Shown here: positions 27,664-37,158 of the stretch, piece by piece
Layout of the letters: each line of letters opens with the position of its first letter
Position numbering within the stretch: position 1 is the first letter of the stretch
Assembly (NCBI GenBank): GCA_903889245.1
Contig: CAISWQ010000123.1
Location: 3,470-67,469, forward strand
Length of the DNA: 64,000 nt
Source of the DNA: an uncultured Lentisphaerota bacterium
Lineage (GTDB): Bacteria > Verrucomicrobiota > Kiritimatiellia > CAIQIC01
Reading direction: 5' to 3'
Position numbers and translations under genes: made by a program
Notes under the pieces: generated by a model
Told to the model about the DNA's origin: nothing
What the model saw: only the letters and a program-made list of their open reading frames with translations
The model's database searches: none

Positions 27664-29379
27664 ATGTTTATCACGGGGCGAGTTTTCCAAGGCTTGGAAA
27701 ATGGCACCCCAGTTTTTTCCAAGGCTTGGAAATTTTTCGGCGCTTTTTCCCAAGGCTCGGAAAATTCCGCCGGAGTTTTTCCAGGGCCTGGCTGGCGCAG
27801 AGCGCAGCACAGGAATTTTCCCGCGGGATTTTCCAAGGCTGGGAAAAACCACCCGTTCCACTTTCCAATCCTTGGAAAAATTTTCTTGCTCGCCGCGCTG
27901 ACGGCAGTGGCCGGCGCGCGGGAGCTGCCGCTGACCATCCTCTACACGACCGATCTCCACGGACATCTGGCGGGTGTGACCTCGAGGAAGGAGCCGCGCG
28001 GCACCGGCGGCCTGCTGCGCTGCGCGACGCTCATCGAGCAGGTCCGCGCGCAGGAGAAAAACGTCCTGCTGCTCGACGCGGGCGATACGCTGCAAGGCTC
28101 GGCCGAAAGCTGGCTTACCGGCGGCCGCTGCCTGACGCGCGCCATGGAACTGCTCCGCTATGACGCGTGGTGCCTCGGTAACCACGACTTCGACTGGGGC
28201 ACGGCCGCGCTGACCAACCTGCTCGCCAAGTCCAAGCTCGATGTGCTCGCGGCGAACATCGCGCCGCCGCTGCCCGGCGTGCAGTCGTGGCTACTCAAGG
28301 AAACCCGCGGCGTGCGCGTCGCGCTCATCGGCCTGACGAATCCGTTCATCCCGAAGTGGACGCGGCCGGAGCTGCTCGGCGACTACCGCTTCGACCGGCC
28401 GGTGGAAACGCTCGCGCGCCTGCTGCCGGCGGTACGCGCGGAGAAGCCCGACGTGATCGCCTTGCTGATCCACGAAGGCTACCGTCCCGCCGGCGACGAT
28501 GGCGCGAACGAAATCCGCGCCCTCGCCAAGCGCTTCCCGGAACTCGATGTGATCCTCGGCGGTCATCAGCACGAAGCGCTGCTCGCGCCGACCGGCCTGG
28601 GCGTGCTCTATCTCGAAGCCGGCTGCCACGGGCAGGCCGTCGGGCGCGTGGACCTGCTCGTGGACATTGACCGGCACAAGGTGGTGCGCCGCTCCGCCAG
28701 CCTGCTCATCGCGAGCAACGGCGTGCCGGAGTCGGCGGAGCTGCGGCGGCACTTCATCCGCGACTTGTCGCGCGCCGAGAAGCATCTGGCCGAGCCGGTC
28801 GGCGCGGCGGCCGCGGCCATCGCGGCGACCGGCCCGGTGCGCGGGCAGTCGCCGCTGCAGCAGTTGCTCTGTGCCGCCATCGCAGAAAAAGTGCAGGCCG
28901 AGATCGTGCTGCACGGCACGCTCGCGGAGGCCGGCCTCGCCGCCGGGCCGCTGACCATGCGCGACATCTGGCGCATCGTGCCCTATGAGAACCGCATCGG
29001 CGTGGCGTATCTGACGTTGCAGGAAATCCGCGCGATACTGGAGGAGAATGCGAACGTGCCCGGCGATCACTTCCTCGGCGTCTGGGGGCTGGCCTACGAT
29101 TTGCGCACCGCCGCCGCGCCCGGCCAGCGCGTGCATAATCTGCGGCTTGCCGACGGGACCAAGGCGCACGGCAAGAAACGCTATGCGGTCGCCTTCAACA
29201 GCCACACGCTCGCCTCCGGCGGCGGGCGGTTCCCCACCCTGCCCCAACTGATCGCCGAGCCGCGCGCGCGCTTCGCGCTGACAACCAACGACACCCGCGC
29301 CGCCGTCGCCGCTTACGTCCGTCAGCACTCGCCGCTCTACCCAGCCCATCCGTCGCTGGTGAAAATCAGCAGTGAATGA
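27664..29379 (+). CDS. Bifunctional metallophosphatase / 5'-nucleotidase; signal peptide interrupted by repeat array
   Basis: TTDLHG, DAGD, GNHDFD, GGHQH; 5'-nucleotidase C domain (PYEN); SD AGGGAG before ATG. Confidence 0.88.
   Translation: MFITGRVFQGLENGTPVFSKAWKFFGAFSQGSENSAGVFPGPGWRRAQHRNFPAGFSKAGKNHPFHFPILGKIFLLAALTAVAGARELPLTILYTTDLHGHLAGVTSRKEPRGTGGLLRCATLIEQVRAQEKNVLLLDAGDTLQGSAESWLTGGRCLTRAMELLRYDAWCLGNHDFDWGTAALTNLLAKSKLDVLAANIAPPLPGVQSWLLKETRGVRVALIGLTNPFIPKWTRPELLGDYRFDRPVETLARLLPAVRAEKPDVIALLIHEGYRPAGDDGANEIRALAKRFPELDVILGGHQHEALLAPTGLGVLYLEAGCHGQAVGRVDLLVDIDRHKVVRRSASLLIASNGVPESAELRRHFIRDLSRAEKHLAEPVGAAAAAIAATGPVRGQSPLQQLLCAAIAEKVQAEIVLHGTLAEAGLAAGPLTMRDIWRIVPYENRIGVAYLTLQEIRAILEENANVPGDHFLGVWGLAYDLRTAAAPGQRVHNLRLADGTKAHGKKRYAVAFNSHTLASGGGRFPTLPQLIAEPRARFALTTNDTRAAVAAYVRQHSPLYPAHPSLVKISSE
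27685..27877. repeat. Six-unit TTCCAA-N3-TTGGAA array inside CDS 5' end
   Basis: Units start at 27685, 27717, 27748, 27779, 27831, 27863. Confidence 0.92.
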
Positions 29380-29438
29380 AAGCGCCAGAAAATGGGATTG
29401 CCACGGCGGCGTGTTTGCGTTGAAATGTCGGTGCCGTA

Positions 29439-31412
29439 ATGAAAGCCGAACGGGACAAGGAAGGACGCCCCGCCGAAACGCCGACGCCGCCGGCGTGGCA
29501 CGAGAAGGCTGAACTGCTCGCCGAGATGAGCCGGCTGGCGCAGATCGGCGGCTGGGAATTTGACCCCATCACGGGCCAGGGATTCTGGACGGAGGAGATA
29601 GCGCGCATTCACGATCTGGATCCGGCGCAGCCCGCCGGGGTGCAGTTTGGCTTGAGTTTCTATCCGGGCGAAGCGCGCGCGCACATCGAGCAGGCGGTGC
29701 GCGAAGCGGTCGAGTTGGGCAAGCCCTACGATCTGGAATTGGAATTCATCTCGGCCAAGGGCGCGCACAAGTGGGTGCGCACGGTCGGCGTGCCGGTGCA
29801 GGAGGGCGGCTGCGTGGTGAAGGTCTGGGGCACCATGCAGGATATCACCGCGCGCAAGCAGGCCGAGGCGCAGGTCCGCGAGCAGACCGCCGCCCTGGCC
29901 CGCAACCACGCGGAATGGGAGCATGTGTTTGGCGCCATCGGCGCGCCCATTGCCCTGCTCGATCCGCATCATCAGCTCCTCATGGCCAACCAGTCGTTGT
30001 TGCAACTCACGGGCAAGACGTTCGAGGAGTTGTGCGGCCGGAAGTGCTGGGAGTTCTGCCATGGCGCGCGCCAGCAGGGCCCGCACCTGAATTGCCCCTT
30101 CGAGGCCATGCGCGAGAGCGGGCATGAGGAACGCCGGGAGATTTATTTCGCCGCGTTCGACGCCACCTATCTCGTCTCCTGCACGCCGGTGTTCGACGCG
30201 GCCGGCCGCCTCGCCAAGATCATCCACTTTGCCACCGACATCACCGAGTTGAAGAAGCTCCAGAAGGATCTGTTGCAGGCGCAGAAGATGGAGACCGTCG
30301 GCCAGTTGGCCGGCGGCATCGCCCACGACTTCAACAACGTCTTGCAGACCATCCTGGGCTATACCGAGCTGCTGCTGAAGAACACGCCCGCTGACGACGA
30401 GCGCCGGCCCGACTTGCAGGAGATTCAGCGCAGTGGCGAGCGCGCCGCCGCCTTGACCCGCCAGTTGCTCGCCTTCTCCCGCCGGCAGATGTTGATGCCC
30501 GCCATCACGGACCTCAATGCCCTGATCGCCAATCTTGCCAGGATGCTCGCCCGCCTGCTCGGCGAGGACATCACGCTCAAGCTCGAACTCACCCCCGACC
30601 TGGGCCGCGTCCGGGTGGACCCTTCGCAGATTGACCAGGTCCTGATGAACCTGGCCGTCAACGCCCGCGACGCCATGCCGCACGGCGGCCAGATCAGCCT
30701 CCGCACCGAGCGCCTCACGCTCGATGTTGCCGACCTCGCCCTGCATCCTGAAGGCCGCACCGGCCATTTCATCCGCCTCGTCTTCACCGACACCGGCGCC
30801 GGCATGACGCGGGCGGTGCGCGAGAAAATCTTCGAGCCCTTCTTCACGACCAAGGGACCCGGCAAGGGCACCGGCATGGGTCTTGCCACGGTCTATGGCA
30901 TCATCAAGCAGCACGACGGTTGGATCACCGTCTATAGCGAACCCGGCCACGGCACGGCCTTTACTATTTATCTGCCCGCCTGCGCCGTGCCCATCACCAC
31001 GCCGCCGCCGACGCCGCTCCCGGCCACCCGTCTGCCCCGCGGCCACGGCGAGGCCCTCCTCATCGCCGAGGATGAGCCCCATGTCCGCCGCATGACCGAG
31101 CAGCTGCTCACCAAGTCCGGCTACCAGGTGACCGCCGTCGCCACCTGCGCCGAGGCCCGGGAAAAATGCGGCGCCCACATCCGCCTGCTCTTCAGCGATG
31201 TTGTGCTCCCCGACGGCAGCGGCCTCGACTTGGTGCGGGAGTTACAGCAGCGCCATCCGCACCTGCGCTGCGTCCTCGCCAGCGGCTATGCCGACCTCCA
31301 CGAACGCTGGCCGGAGATAGCCGGGCGCGGCTGGCCCTTCCTCGTCAAACCCTATAAACAGACCGACCTCCTCCACGCCCTCGCCACCGCCCTCCACCCG
31401 CCCCCCGCGTGA
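29439..31412 (+). CDS. Cytoplasmic PAS-PAS hybrid sensor histidine kinase / receiver
   Basis: H-box [33 protein letters not shown]-terminal REC (SDVVLP, KP). Confidence 0.93.
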   Translation: MKAERDKEGRPAETPTPPAWHEKAELLAEMSRLAQIGGWEFDPITGQGFWTEEIARIHDLDPAQPAGVQFGLSFYPGEARAHIEQAVREAVELGKPYDLELEFISAKGAHKWVRTVGVPVQEGGCVVKVWGTMQDITARKQAEAQVREQTAALARNHAEWEHVFGAIGAPIALLDPHHQLLMANQSLLQLTGKTFEELCGRKCWEFCHGARQQGPHLNCPFEAMRESGHEERREIYFAAFDATYLVSCTPVFDAAGRLAKIIHFATDITELKKLQKDLLQAQKMETVGQLAGGIAHDFNNVLQTILGYTELLLKNTPADDERRPDLQEIQRSGERAAALTRQLLAFSRRQMLMPAITDLNALIANLARMLARLLGEDITLKLELTPDLGRVRVDPSQIDQVLMNLAVNARDAMPHGGQISLRTERLTLDVADLALHPEGRTGHFIRLVFTDTGAGMTRAVREKIFEPFFTTKGPGKGTGMGLATVYGIIKQHDGWITVYSEPGHGTAFTIYLPACAVPITTPPPTPLPATRLPRGHGEALLIAEDEPHVRRMTEQLLTKSGYQVTAVATCAEAREKCGAHIRLLFSDVVLPDGSGLDLVRELQQRHPHLRCVLASGYADLHERWPEIAGRGWPFLVKPYKQTDLLHALATALHPPPA

Positions 31413-31671
31413 GCCGCCGGGGCCGCGCCCACCGCTACGCAGCGCGGGCCCCGTGTTACGGCGGACCTTCCGGCGACACAAAAATTCATTTCCGGTGATT
31501 AGAAAATCGTTTCCTAAACACTCCCCCGGCCATCAAAAACGAGAAAACGGGTGAATTTCCAAGAAAACAGGCCCCTTCCGCAAAACTGCGCCCCCCTTTC
31601 GCCTCTGCCGTCAGACGGCTGCCGGCAAAGTCAGGATTGTCAGCCACCGGCTCCTGCGGTAGCATCCGGCC

Positions 31672-32556
31672 ATGGCAAAAATCAATATCCCCGACGCCTT
31701 GAAAGCCGCCGTGCCTCAAACCATGTTCGGCCGCATCCTCGCCGCCACGCCGGTGATCATGACCGTCGTCGCCACCGCCCTCGCGGGCTTGGCCTCCAGC
31801 GAGATGACGCGCGCGCAATACAACCGCTCGCTCGCCGCCCAGCAGCAGTCCAAGGCCGGCGACCAGTGGAGTTTCTTCCAGGCCAAACGCCTGCGCGCCG
31901 CGCTCCAGCGCAACACGCTCGACATCCTGCGCGCGACCGCCGAGGTGCGCCCCTACGCGGCCACCGATCTCGACGCCGCCACCGCCGCCGCCCTGCAAAC
32001 CGGCGAGCTGCCGGCGCTGCCGGACGCGACCGCCATGGAGGCCAGCCTCACCGCCGCGCTCGCAGTCCTCGAACAGTCCCCCACCGATGCCGGGGCCGCG
32101 ACGGTGATCGCGCAGGTGAAAGCCCCGGCGCTGGAGGCCGCTCTGCTCGCCGCCAAGGAGCGGGCGCACGCGCTGGATAAACTCCTCGAGCCCATCACCA
32201 AGACCGTTGAACAACTCGACCGGCAACTGGCGCAGACCGCCTCCGACCCCGCCCTCCACCGGCCGTTCGTCGCCGCGCGCCTGCGCTACACGGCGAACCG
32301 CTACGACGCCGAAGCGCGCGTGAACCAGGCCATCGCCAACCTCTACGAAGTGCAGGTGCGCATGAGCAACCAGAAGGCCGACCGGCACCACCACCGCAGC
32401 AAGTCCTTCTTCTTCGGGATGCTCATCGCGCAGGCCGCGGTCATCATTGCCACCTTCTCACTCGCGGCTGCGCGCCGCAGCCTGCTATGGGGCCTGGCCG
32501 CCGCCGGCGGCGCCGCCGCGGTCTCCTTCGCCCTTTACGTCTATCTCTTCGTGTAA
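31672..32556 (+). CDS. DUF4337-like membrane protein
   Basis: N-terminal TM, DQWSFFQAK motif, two C-terminal TMs. Confidence 0.7.
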   Translation: MAKINIPDALKAAVPQTMFGRILAATPVIMTVVATALAGLASSEMTRAQYNRSLAAQQQSKAGDQWSFFQAKRLRAALQRNTLDILRATAEVRPYAATDLDAATAAALQTGELPALPDATAMEASLTAALAVLEQSPTDAGAATVIAQVKAPALEAALLAAKERAHALDKLLEPITKTVEQLDRQLAQTASDPALHRPFVAARLRYTANRYDAEARVNQAIANLYEVQVRMSNQKADRHHHRSKSFFFGMLIAQAAVIIATFSLAAARRSLLWGLAAAGGAAAVSFALYVYLFV

Positions 32557-32570
32557 GCGACGCACGGTTT

Positions 32571-32741
32571 TTCCAAGCCTTGGAAAAAGCCCCCTGACCT
32601 TTTCCGGGGCTTGGAAAAATCTTCACGAAATTTTCCAAGCCCTGGAAATAAAAGCGCGAAAAGTTCCCAGCCTTGGAAAAAATTCCGCGAAACTTTCCAA
32701 TGTCTGGAAAAACCGGCGCCCCGCGTTTCCAATCCTTGGAA
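32571..32741. repeat. Six-unit TTCCAA-N3-TTGGAA array between convergent genes
   Basis: Units start at 32571, 32602, 32633, 32664, 32695, 32727. Confidence 0.95.
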
Positions 32742-32793
32742 ACCGCGCCGCATTGCGCCGCTGGCCCTCTCCCGTTGTGCGCCTGTTCAACCT

Positions 32794-32908
32794 CGGCTCG
32801 CGAGTACGCTCGCCCTCCCACCCACAACCCACACGGGGAGGGCGAGCCTACTGGCGAGCCGCCCGTGTGTGGCAGATTCCGTTGCGAGGGCGAGCGTACC
32901 CGCGAGCC
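32794..32908. repeat. Three REP-like units (GAGGGCGAGCSTACYSGCGAGCC), one inverted
   Basis: cggctcgcgagtacgctcgccctcc; ggagggcgagcctactggcgagccg; gagggcgagcgtacccgcgagcc. Confidence 0.75.
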
Positions 32909-32960
32909 AAAGCCGAACGATCTCCCGCCTTCCTCACGCCTGCGCCAGGCGGGCGCATCC

Positions 32961-34163
32961 TCACGGCAGACACTGCGCCTGATAGGCCGCCGGGACCAGT
33001 TCTTTGATCAGCCGCGCGCGGTCCGCGCCCGTTGCGCCGGCGGCGCTGGGCCTGCCGTTGAGCAGGCAGTTCTCCAACTTCACCGTGCCGGCGGCGTTCA
33101 GTTCCATGTGCTCCAGCGTGAGGCGCTGCGCCTCCAGCACCGTGGTCTTGGCAGTCTGCGCCGGCACCGTTTTGCCGAGGCGGCGGATGAGGACGTTGTC
33201 GAGCATGAGTGCAGCGTGCTCATGCGCCGCCGCGCTCACGTCCAGCGGATGTTCCGATGACGAGAGCACGACGGCGTTCGCCACCTTGTAACGGCCGTTG
33301 TTCAGGAAGAACAAATCGTGGCCCAGGCAGCCGGCGATGAAGACGCGGTTATAGCTGGTGTGCGCGGAGTTGATGTCGGTGATGCCGGTGCTGTTGCCGA
33401 GGGCGACGAAACCCTCCACGCGCACCTCGGCGCTCTCGTGCGAGCTGATGCCATCATCGCCGCATTCGATCGCGCGGATGTTCTCGAAGGCCACGTCGCG
33501 GCAGTCGCCGTGGATGTTGAAGCCGTCGTTATGCACATGCGTCGCCGTGAGGTTTCTGATCACGAGGTGCGCGTTGGCGCCGCCAAGCTGCACGCCGGCG
33601 CTGCGGATGGGCGCGCGGATATGCGCCTCGGCGAGCTTCTGCCCCGGCGGCAGCTTCACAAAGAAGGTGCCGAAGATTTGTTTCGAGGGCGGCTGCGCGC
33701 GCGCCTTGTCCTCGATGAAGGTCCATTCCCCGGCTTGCAACTCTTCCGCTTTCTTGAACGCCGCCCTGTGGCCCTTCGACATGCGGCCCATGTGGTTCAT
33801 CTTTCCATCCCAGAGGAAGAACCAGCGGATGAGCAGGAAGTCATCGAGCCGGGGCAGCAGGTTGTCGTTAGCGAACAGCCCCGGCGCGACCTCCTTCCAT
33901 TGCGCAGGGTCGAGCGGGTCGGACCCTTCGAGCGTCGCGCCGTGTCCATCGAGCGTGATCGGCTTGCCGGGCGCACCCTGCTTGCCGGAGAAGGCCGCGC
34001 AGTCGTGATAAATCTTCGGCTCGAGATGAATCGTGTCGCCCGGCTGCGCGAGCTTGATCGCCTCGGCGATGGTCTTCGCGTCGCTACCGACGCGGATATC
34101 GCGACCGTGCGCGGCCAGCAGCGCGAACGTGCCACCCAGCAGGAACAGCCAGCGGGCCTTCAT
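32961..34163 (-). CDS. Exported right-handed parallel beta-helix (pectin-lyase-like) protein
   Basis: Signal peptide, AQPGDTI, PITLDG, NDGFNIHG, GDDGISSHE repeats. Confidence 0.75.
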   Translation of the reverse strand: MKARWLFLLGGTFALLAAHGRDIRVGSDAKTIAEAIKLAQPGDTIHLEPKIYHDCAAFSGKQGAPGKPITLDGHGATLEGSDPLDPAQWKEVAPGLFANDNLLPRLDDFLLIRWFFLWDGKMNHMGRMSKGHRAAFKKAEELQAGEWTFIEDKARAQPPSKQIFGTFFVKLPPGQKLAEAHIRAPIRSAGVQLGGANAHLVIRNLTATHVHNDGFNIHGDCRDVAFENIRAIECGDDGISSHESAEVRVEGFVALGNSTGITDINSAHTSYNRVFIAGCLGHDLFFLNNGRYKVANAVVLSSSEHPLDVSAAAHEHAALMLDNVLIRRLGKTVPAQTAKTTVLEAQRLTLEHMELNAAGTVKLENCLLNGRPSAAGATGADRARLIKELVPAAYQAQCLP

Positions 34164-35605
34164 CAGGGCGTGGCGGCTTTCTTGTTGCCCTTCCCCTTGG
34201 CCTTGCGCTTGGGTTCGGCGGCGGCGGCGGACGCGGGCTCCGGATACTGGCCCTTGTCATCCGTGTCCTTGATCCACTGTTCGAGCGCGGCGCGCAGCCG
34301 CTTCAGCGCGGCCTGATGCTCCGGCTGCTGCGACGCGGCGAGGTTGTTGATCTCCCACCGGTCGGCGTCGAGGTCATAGAGTTCCTCGTCGGGCCGGCGC
34401 GGCTGGCACAGGAAAGCCTGCGCCGGCGTCAGCTTGCCCTGCGCGTGCAGTTCCTTGAGCAGGTTCCAGACGGGATACTGCCGCTCCTTGTAAGCATTCG
34501 GCGCGAGGAACGGAACCTCCGGCGTGAAGTTGCGGATGTAGCGGTAGCGCGCGTCGCGGACCGAGCGGATGCGCATCGCGGTCTCGTCGCAGCGGTCGCG
34601 ATAGCCGAAGACGAACTCGCGCGGCGGCGCGGCCTGCGGCCCGAGGAACGGGCGACCTTCCATCTTCGGTGGCAACGCCGCGCCCGCGAGCGCGAGCATC
34701 GTCGGCGCAAGATCAATGCTGTGGCGCAGACCGCTGTCCACCGTGCCGGGCTTGCAGCCGGCGGGCGCCGGGAAATTCTTCGGCCAGCGGACGATGCACG
34801 GCACATGCAGCCCTTCCTCGTAGCAGAACTGCTTGCCGCGCACGTGCGCCTGCCCGTTATCGCCGAAGAACACGACGAGCGTGTCATCGGCCAGCCCGTC
34901 CTTTTCCAGCGCCTGCAACACGCGGCCGATCTTCCGGTCCAGCTCGCTGACATCATCGAGATAGGCCGCCCAATCGGCGCGCGCGACCGGATGATCGGGA
35001 TAATACGGCGGCAGTTCCACCTTGGCCGGATCGGCTTTCTTCGGGCCGTGGAATGTGCGGTGGGTCTCCTTGAAATTGATCTGCGCATAGAACGGCTGAT
35101 GGCCCTTGAGGGCGCTCCACTCCTTGGAGTCGAAGGGCTGGCCCTCGTAGGAGAAATTCCAGTCCGTCTTGCCCGTGCCGTTGAAGCCGCAACTCTCCGG
35201 CAGCGTCACCAGGTTCGCGGTGAAGTAGCCCGCCGGCCGCAGCCAGTCGGTCAGCACGCGCACGCCCTCCGGCAGCTTGTAGCCATCGGTGCGGTGCGAG
35301 CGATGCTGGTGCGCGCCGATGGTCGTCGCGTACATGCCGGTCATGAACGCCGAGCGGCTCGGCGAGCAGACGTGGCCGCTGTAGAAACGGGTGTAACGCA
35401 CGCCCCCGGCGGCGAGCCGGTCGAGGTTCGGCGTCCAGACCTCCTGCGTGCCGTAGCAGGCGAGGTGCGGGCCGAGGTCCTCGGCGATCAGCCAGAGCAG
35501 GTTCGGCCGACGCCCGGCCTCCGCCGCCAGCGCCGGGGCGGTCGCGGCGGCGGCCACGCCCAGGCCGGCCAGCTTGAGGAAATCACGACGGGTGGTTGGC
35601 TTCAT
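34163..35605 (-). CDS. Sulfatase (Tat-exported)
   Basis: TRRDFLK, CSPSRSAFMTG, GDNG, ELYDL. Confidence 0.93.
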   Translation of the reverse strand: MKPTTRRDFLKLAGLGVAAAATAPALAAEAGRRPNLLWLIAEDLGPHLACYGTQEVWTPNLDRLAAGGVRYTRFYSGHVCSPSRSAFMTGMYATTIGAHQHRSHRTDGYKLPEGVRVLTDWLRPAGYFTANLVTLPESCGFNGTGKTDWNFSYEGQPFDSKEWSALKGHQPFYAQINFKETHRTFHGPKKADPAKVELPPYYPDHPVARADWAAYLDDVSELDRKIGRVLQALEKDGLADDTLVVFFGDNGQAHVRGKQFCYEEGLHVPCIVRWPKNFPAPAGCKPGTVDSGLRHSIDLAPTMLALAGAALPPKMEGRPFLGPQAAPPREFVFGYRDRCDETAMRIRSVRDARYRYIRNFTPEVPFLAPNAYKERQYPVWNLLKELHAQGKLTPAQAFLCQPRRPDEELYDLDADRWEINNLAASQQPEHQAALKRLRAALEQWIKDTDDKGQYPEPASAAAAEPKRKAKGKGNKKAATP

Positions 35606-37143
35606 GGTTTGGCTCCCTTGGCTTTCTTGTTTTTCCTGCCGCCAGCAACGGGTCGCACGGCACGCTCGTTATCGGCGGGCGAGAACGACCGCGGTGCCAC
35701 ATCGTTCGCCAGCAGTTCCGCGACAAGCGGATCGCGCATCTCCTCGCCCCACTTCGCGAGCAATGCGCGGTGGCGCAACAGCACCTCGCGGCTGGCGGGA
35801 TCGGCGGCGAGATCCTGCGTCTCGCCGGGATCGTTCTGCAAATCCACCAGCGACTCGCGCCGCAGACCGCGGCCATAGACGCAATATTTAAAGCGGTCAG
35901 TCCGCACCATGCGGCCGGCCATCTCCGGCTTGAGTCCCTCCACCATGCCGGTCTGTACCATGTGGTTTTGCACGACGACAAACTCGCGCCAGTCGCCAAC
36001 GCTCTGGCCGAGCGCGAGCGGCAGCAGGCTGCGGCCGGGCAGCGTACGCGGCGCGGCGATGCCCGCGGCGTCGAGCAGCGTTGGCAGGATATCCAGACCG
36101 GTGTTGATCAACTTGTCGCTGATCGCCGCCGGCGTCCTGCCGGGCCAGCGGAGGATCAGCGGCACGCGGGCCGACTCCTCGTAGAAGACGGTCTTCTGGT
36201 TGAAACCGTGCGCGCCGGCGCAATCGCCGTGGTCGGCGGTGAACACGATCAGCGTGTTCTCCGCGAGCCCGGTCTTCTTCAGCGCGGCGAGCAGCTTGCC
36301 GATCTCGGCATCCACCAACTCGGTCATGCGGTAATAGCCCCAGCGGTGCCTGCGCCAGTCATCGGGTGTGAACTGGCCGACGGGGAACGGCCCGTCATCC
36401 ACCTGATAGGCGCGGCGGATCAGCGTCATGCCATCGGGCTCGTTCACGGGCGGCGCGAGGTTCGCCGGCGGCGGCGGCAATTTTTCCGGCGCGGGCGGCG
36501 GGCCGATCTCGCCGCAGTTGAGCGTCTGCTGGCGGCCCGCGAGCCGGCGCGCCCACTCGCAGATGTTGTGCGGGTTGAGGTAGCTGGCGACGAGCAGGAA
36601 CGGCTTGCTATGCGGCTGCGCGAGGAATTTTTCCGCGCCGGCGGTGACGCCCATGTCGTGGCCGCCAGGACTCTTCTCCGAGAACATCTCGAAGCCGTGC
36701 GCCTTGGGGTCGCGCGGGTTGAAGTTCAGATGCCACTTGCCCGCATAGGCCGTCTCGTAGCCAGTGTTGCGAAAGTAGGTGCCCAGGCACGGGAACTTCT
36801 GCGGGTCGAGCTGGCCCTTCACATCATTGCTGGTGACGCCCGTCTCGTGCGGATACCGGCCGGTGAAGACCGAGTTGCGCCACGGCATGCACAGCGGGTT
36901 CGAGCTGTAGGCGCGCGTGCAGAGCAGACCGCCGGCGGCGAGGCCATCCATCGCCGGGGTGTTGATCCACTGCCTGCCCATCCGGCAGCTCATCACCTCG
37001 GCGAACTGCTGGTCGGTGATGATGAACAGGATGTTCGGGCGTTTTTCCAAACCTTGGAAAACCGGGGCCGCGCTTTTTCCAAGGCTTGGAAAACCGAGCG
37101 CGCCCAGCCCGGCCAACTTCAGAAATTCACGGCGCTGCAACAT
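35602..37143 (-). CDS. Sulfatase (Tat-exported) with palindrome doublet in signal region
   Basis: QRREFLK, PNILFIITDQQ, CMPWR, GKWHL, ADHG. Confidence 0.9.
   Translation of the reverse strand: MLQRREFLKLAGLGALGFPSLGKSAAPVFQGLEKRPNILFIITDQQFAEVMSCRMGRQWINTPAMDGLAAGGLLCTRAYSSNPLCMPWRNSVFTGRYPHETGVTSNDVKGQLDPQKFPCLGTYFRNTGYETAYAGKWHLNFNPRDPKAHGFEMFSEKSPGGHDMGVTAGAEKFLAQPHSKPFLLVASYLNPHNICEWARRLAGRQQTLNCGEIGPPPAPEKLPPPPANLAPPVNEPDGMTLIRRAYQVDDGPFPVGQFTPDDWRRHRWGYYRMTELVDAEIGKLLAALKKTGLAENTLIVFTADHGDCAGAHGFNQKTVFYEESARVPLILRWPGRTPAAISDKLINTGLDILPTLLDAAGIAAPRTLPGRSLLPLALGQSVGDWREFVVVQNHMVQTGMVEGLKPEMAGRMVRTDRFKYCVYGRGLRRESLVDLQNDPGETQDLAADPASREVLLRHRALLAKWGEEMRDPLVAELLANDVAPRSFSPADNERAVRPVAGGRKNKKAKGAKP
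37045..37091. repeat. TTCCAA-N3-TTGGAA doublet within sulfatase CDS
   Basis: Units at 37045 and 37077; encode FPSLGK..FQGLEK. Confidence 0.93.
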
Positions 37144-37158
37144 GGTTGCCTGCCTGCC

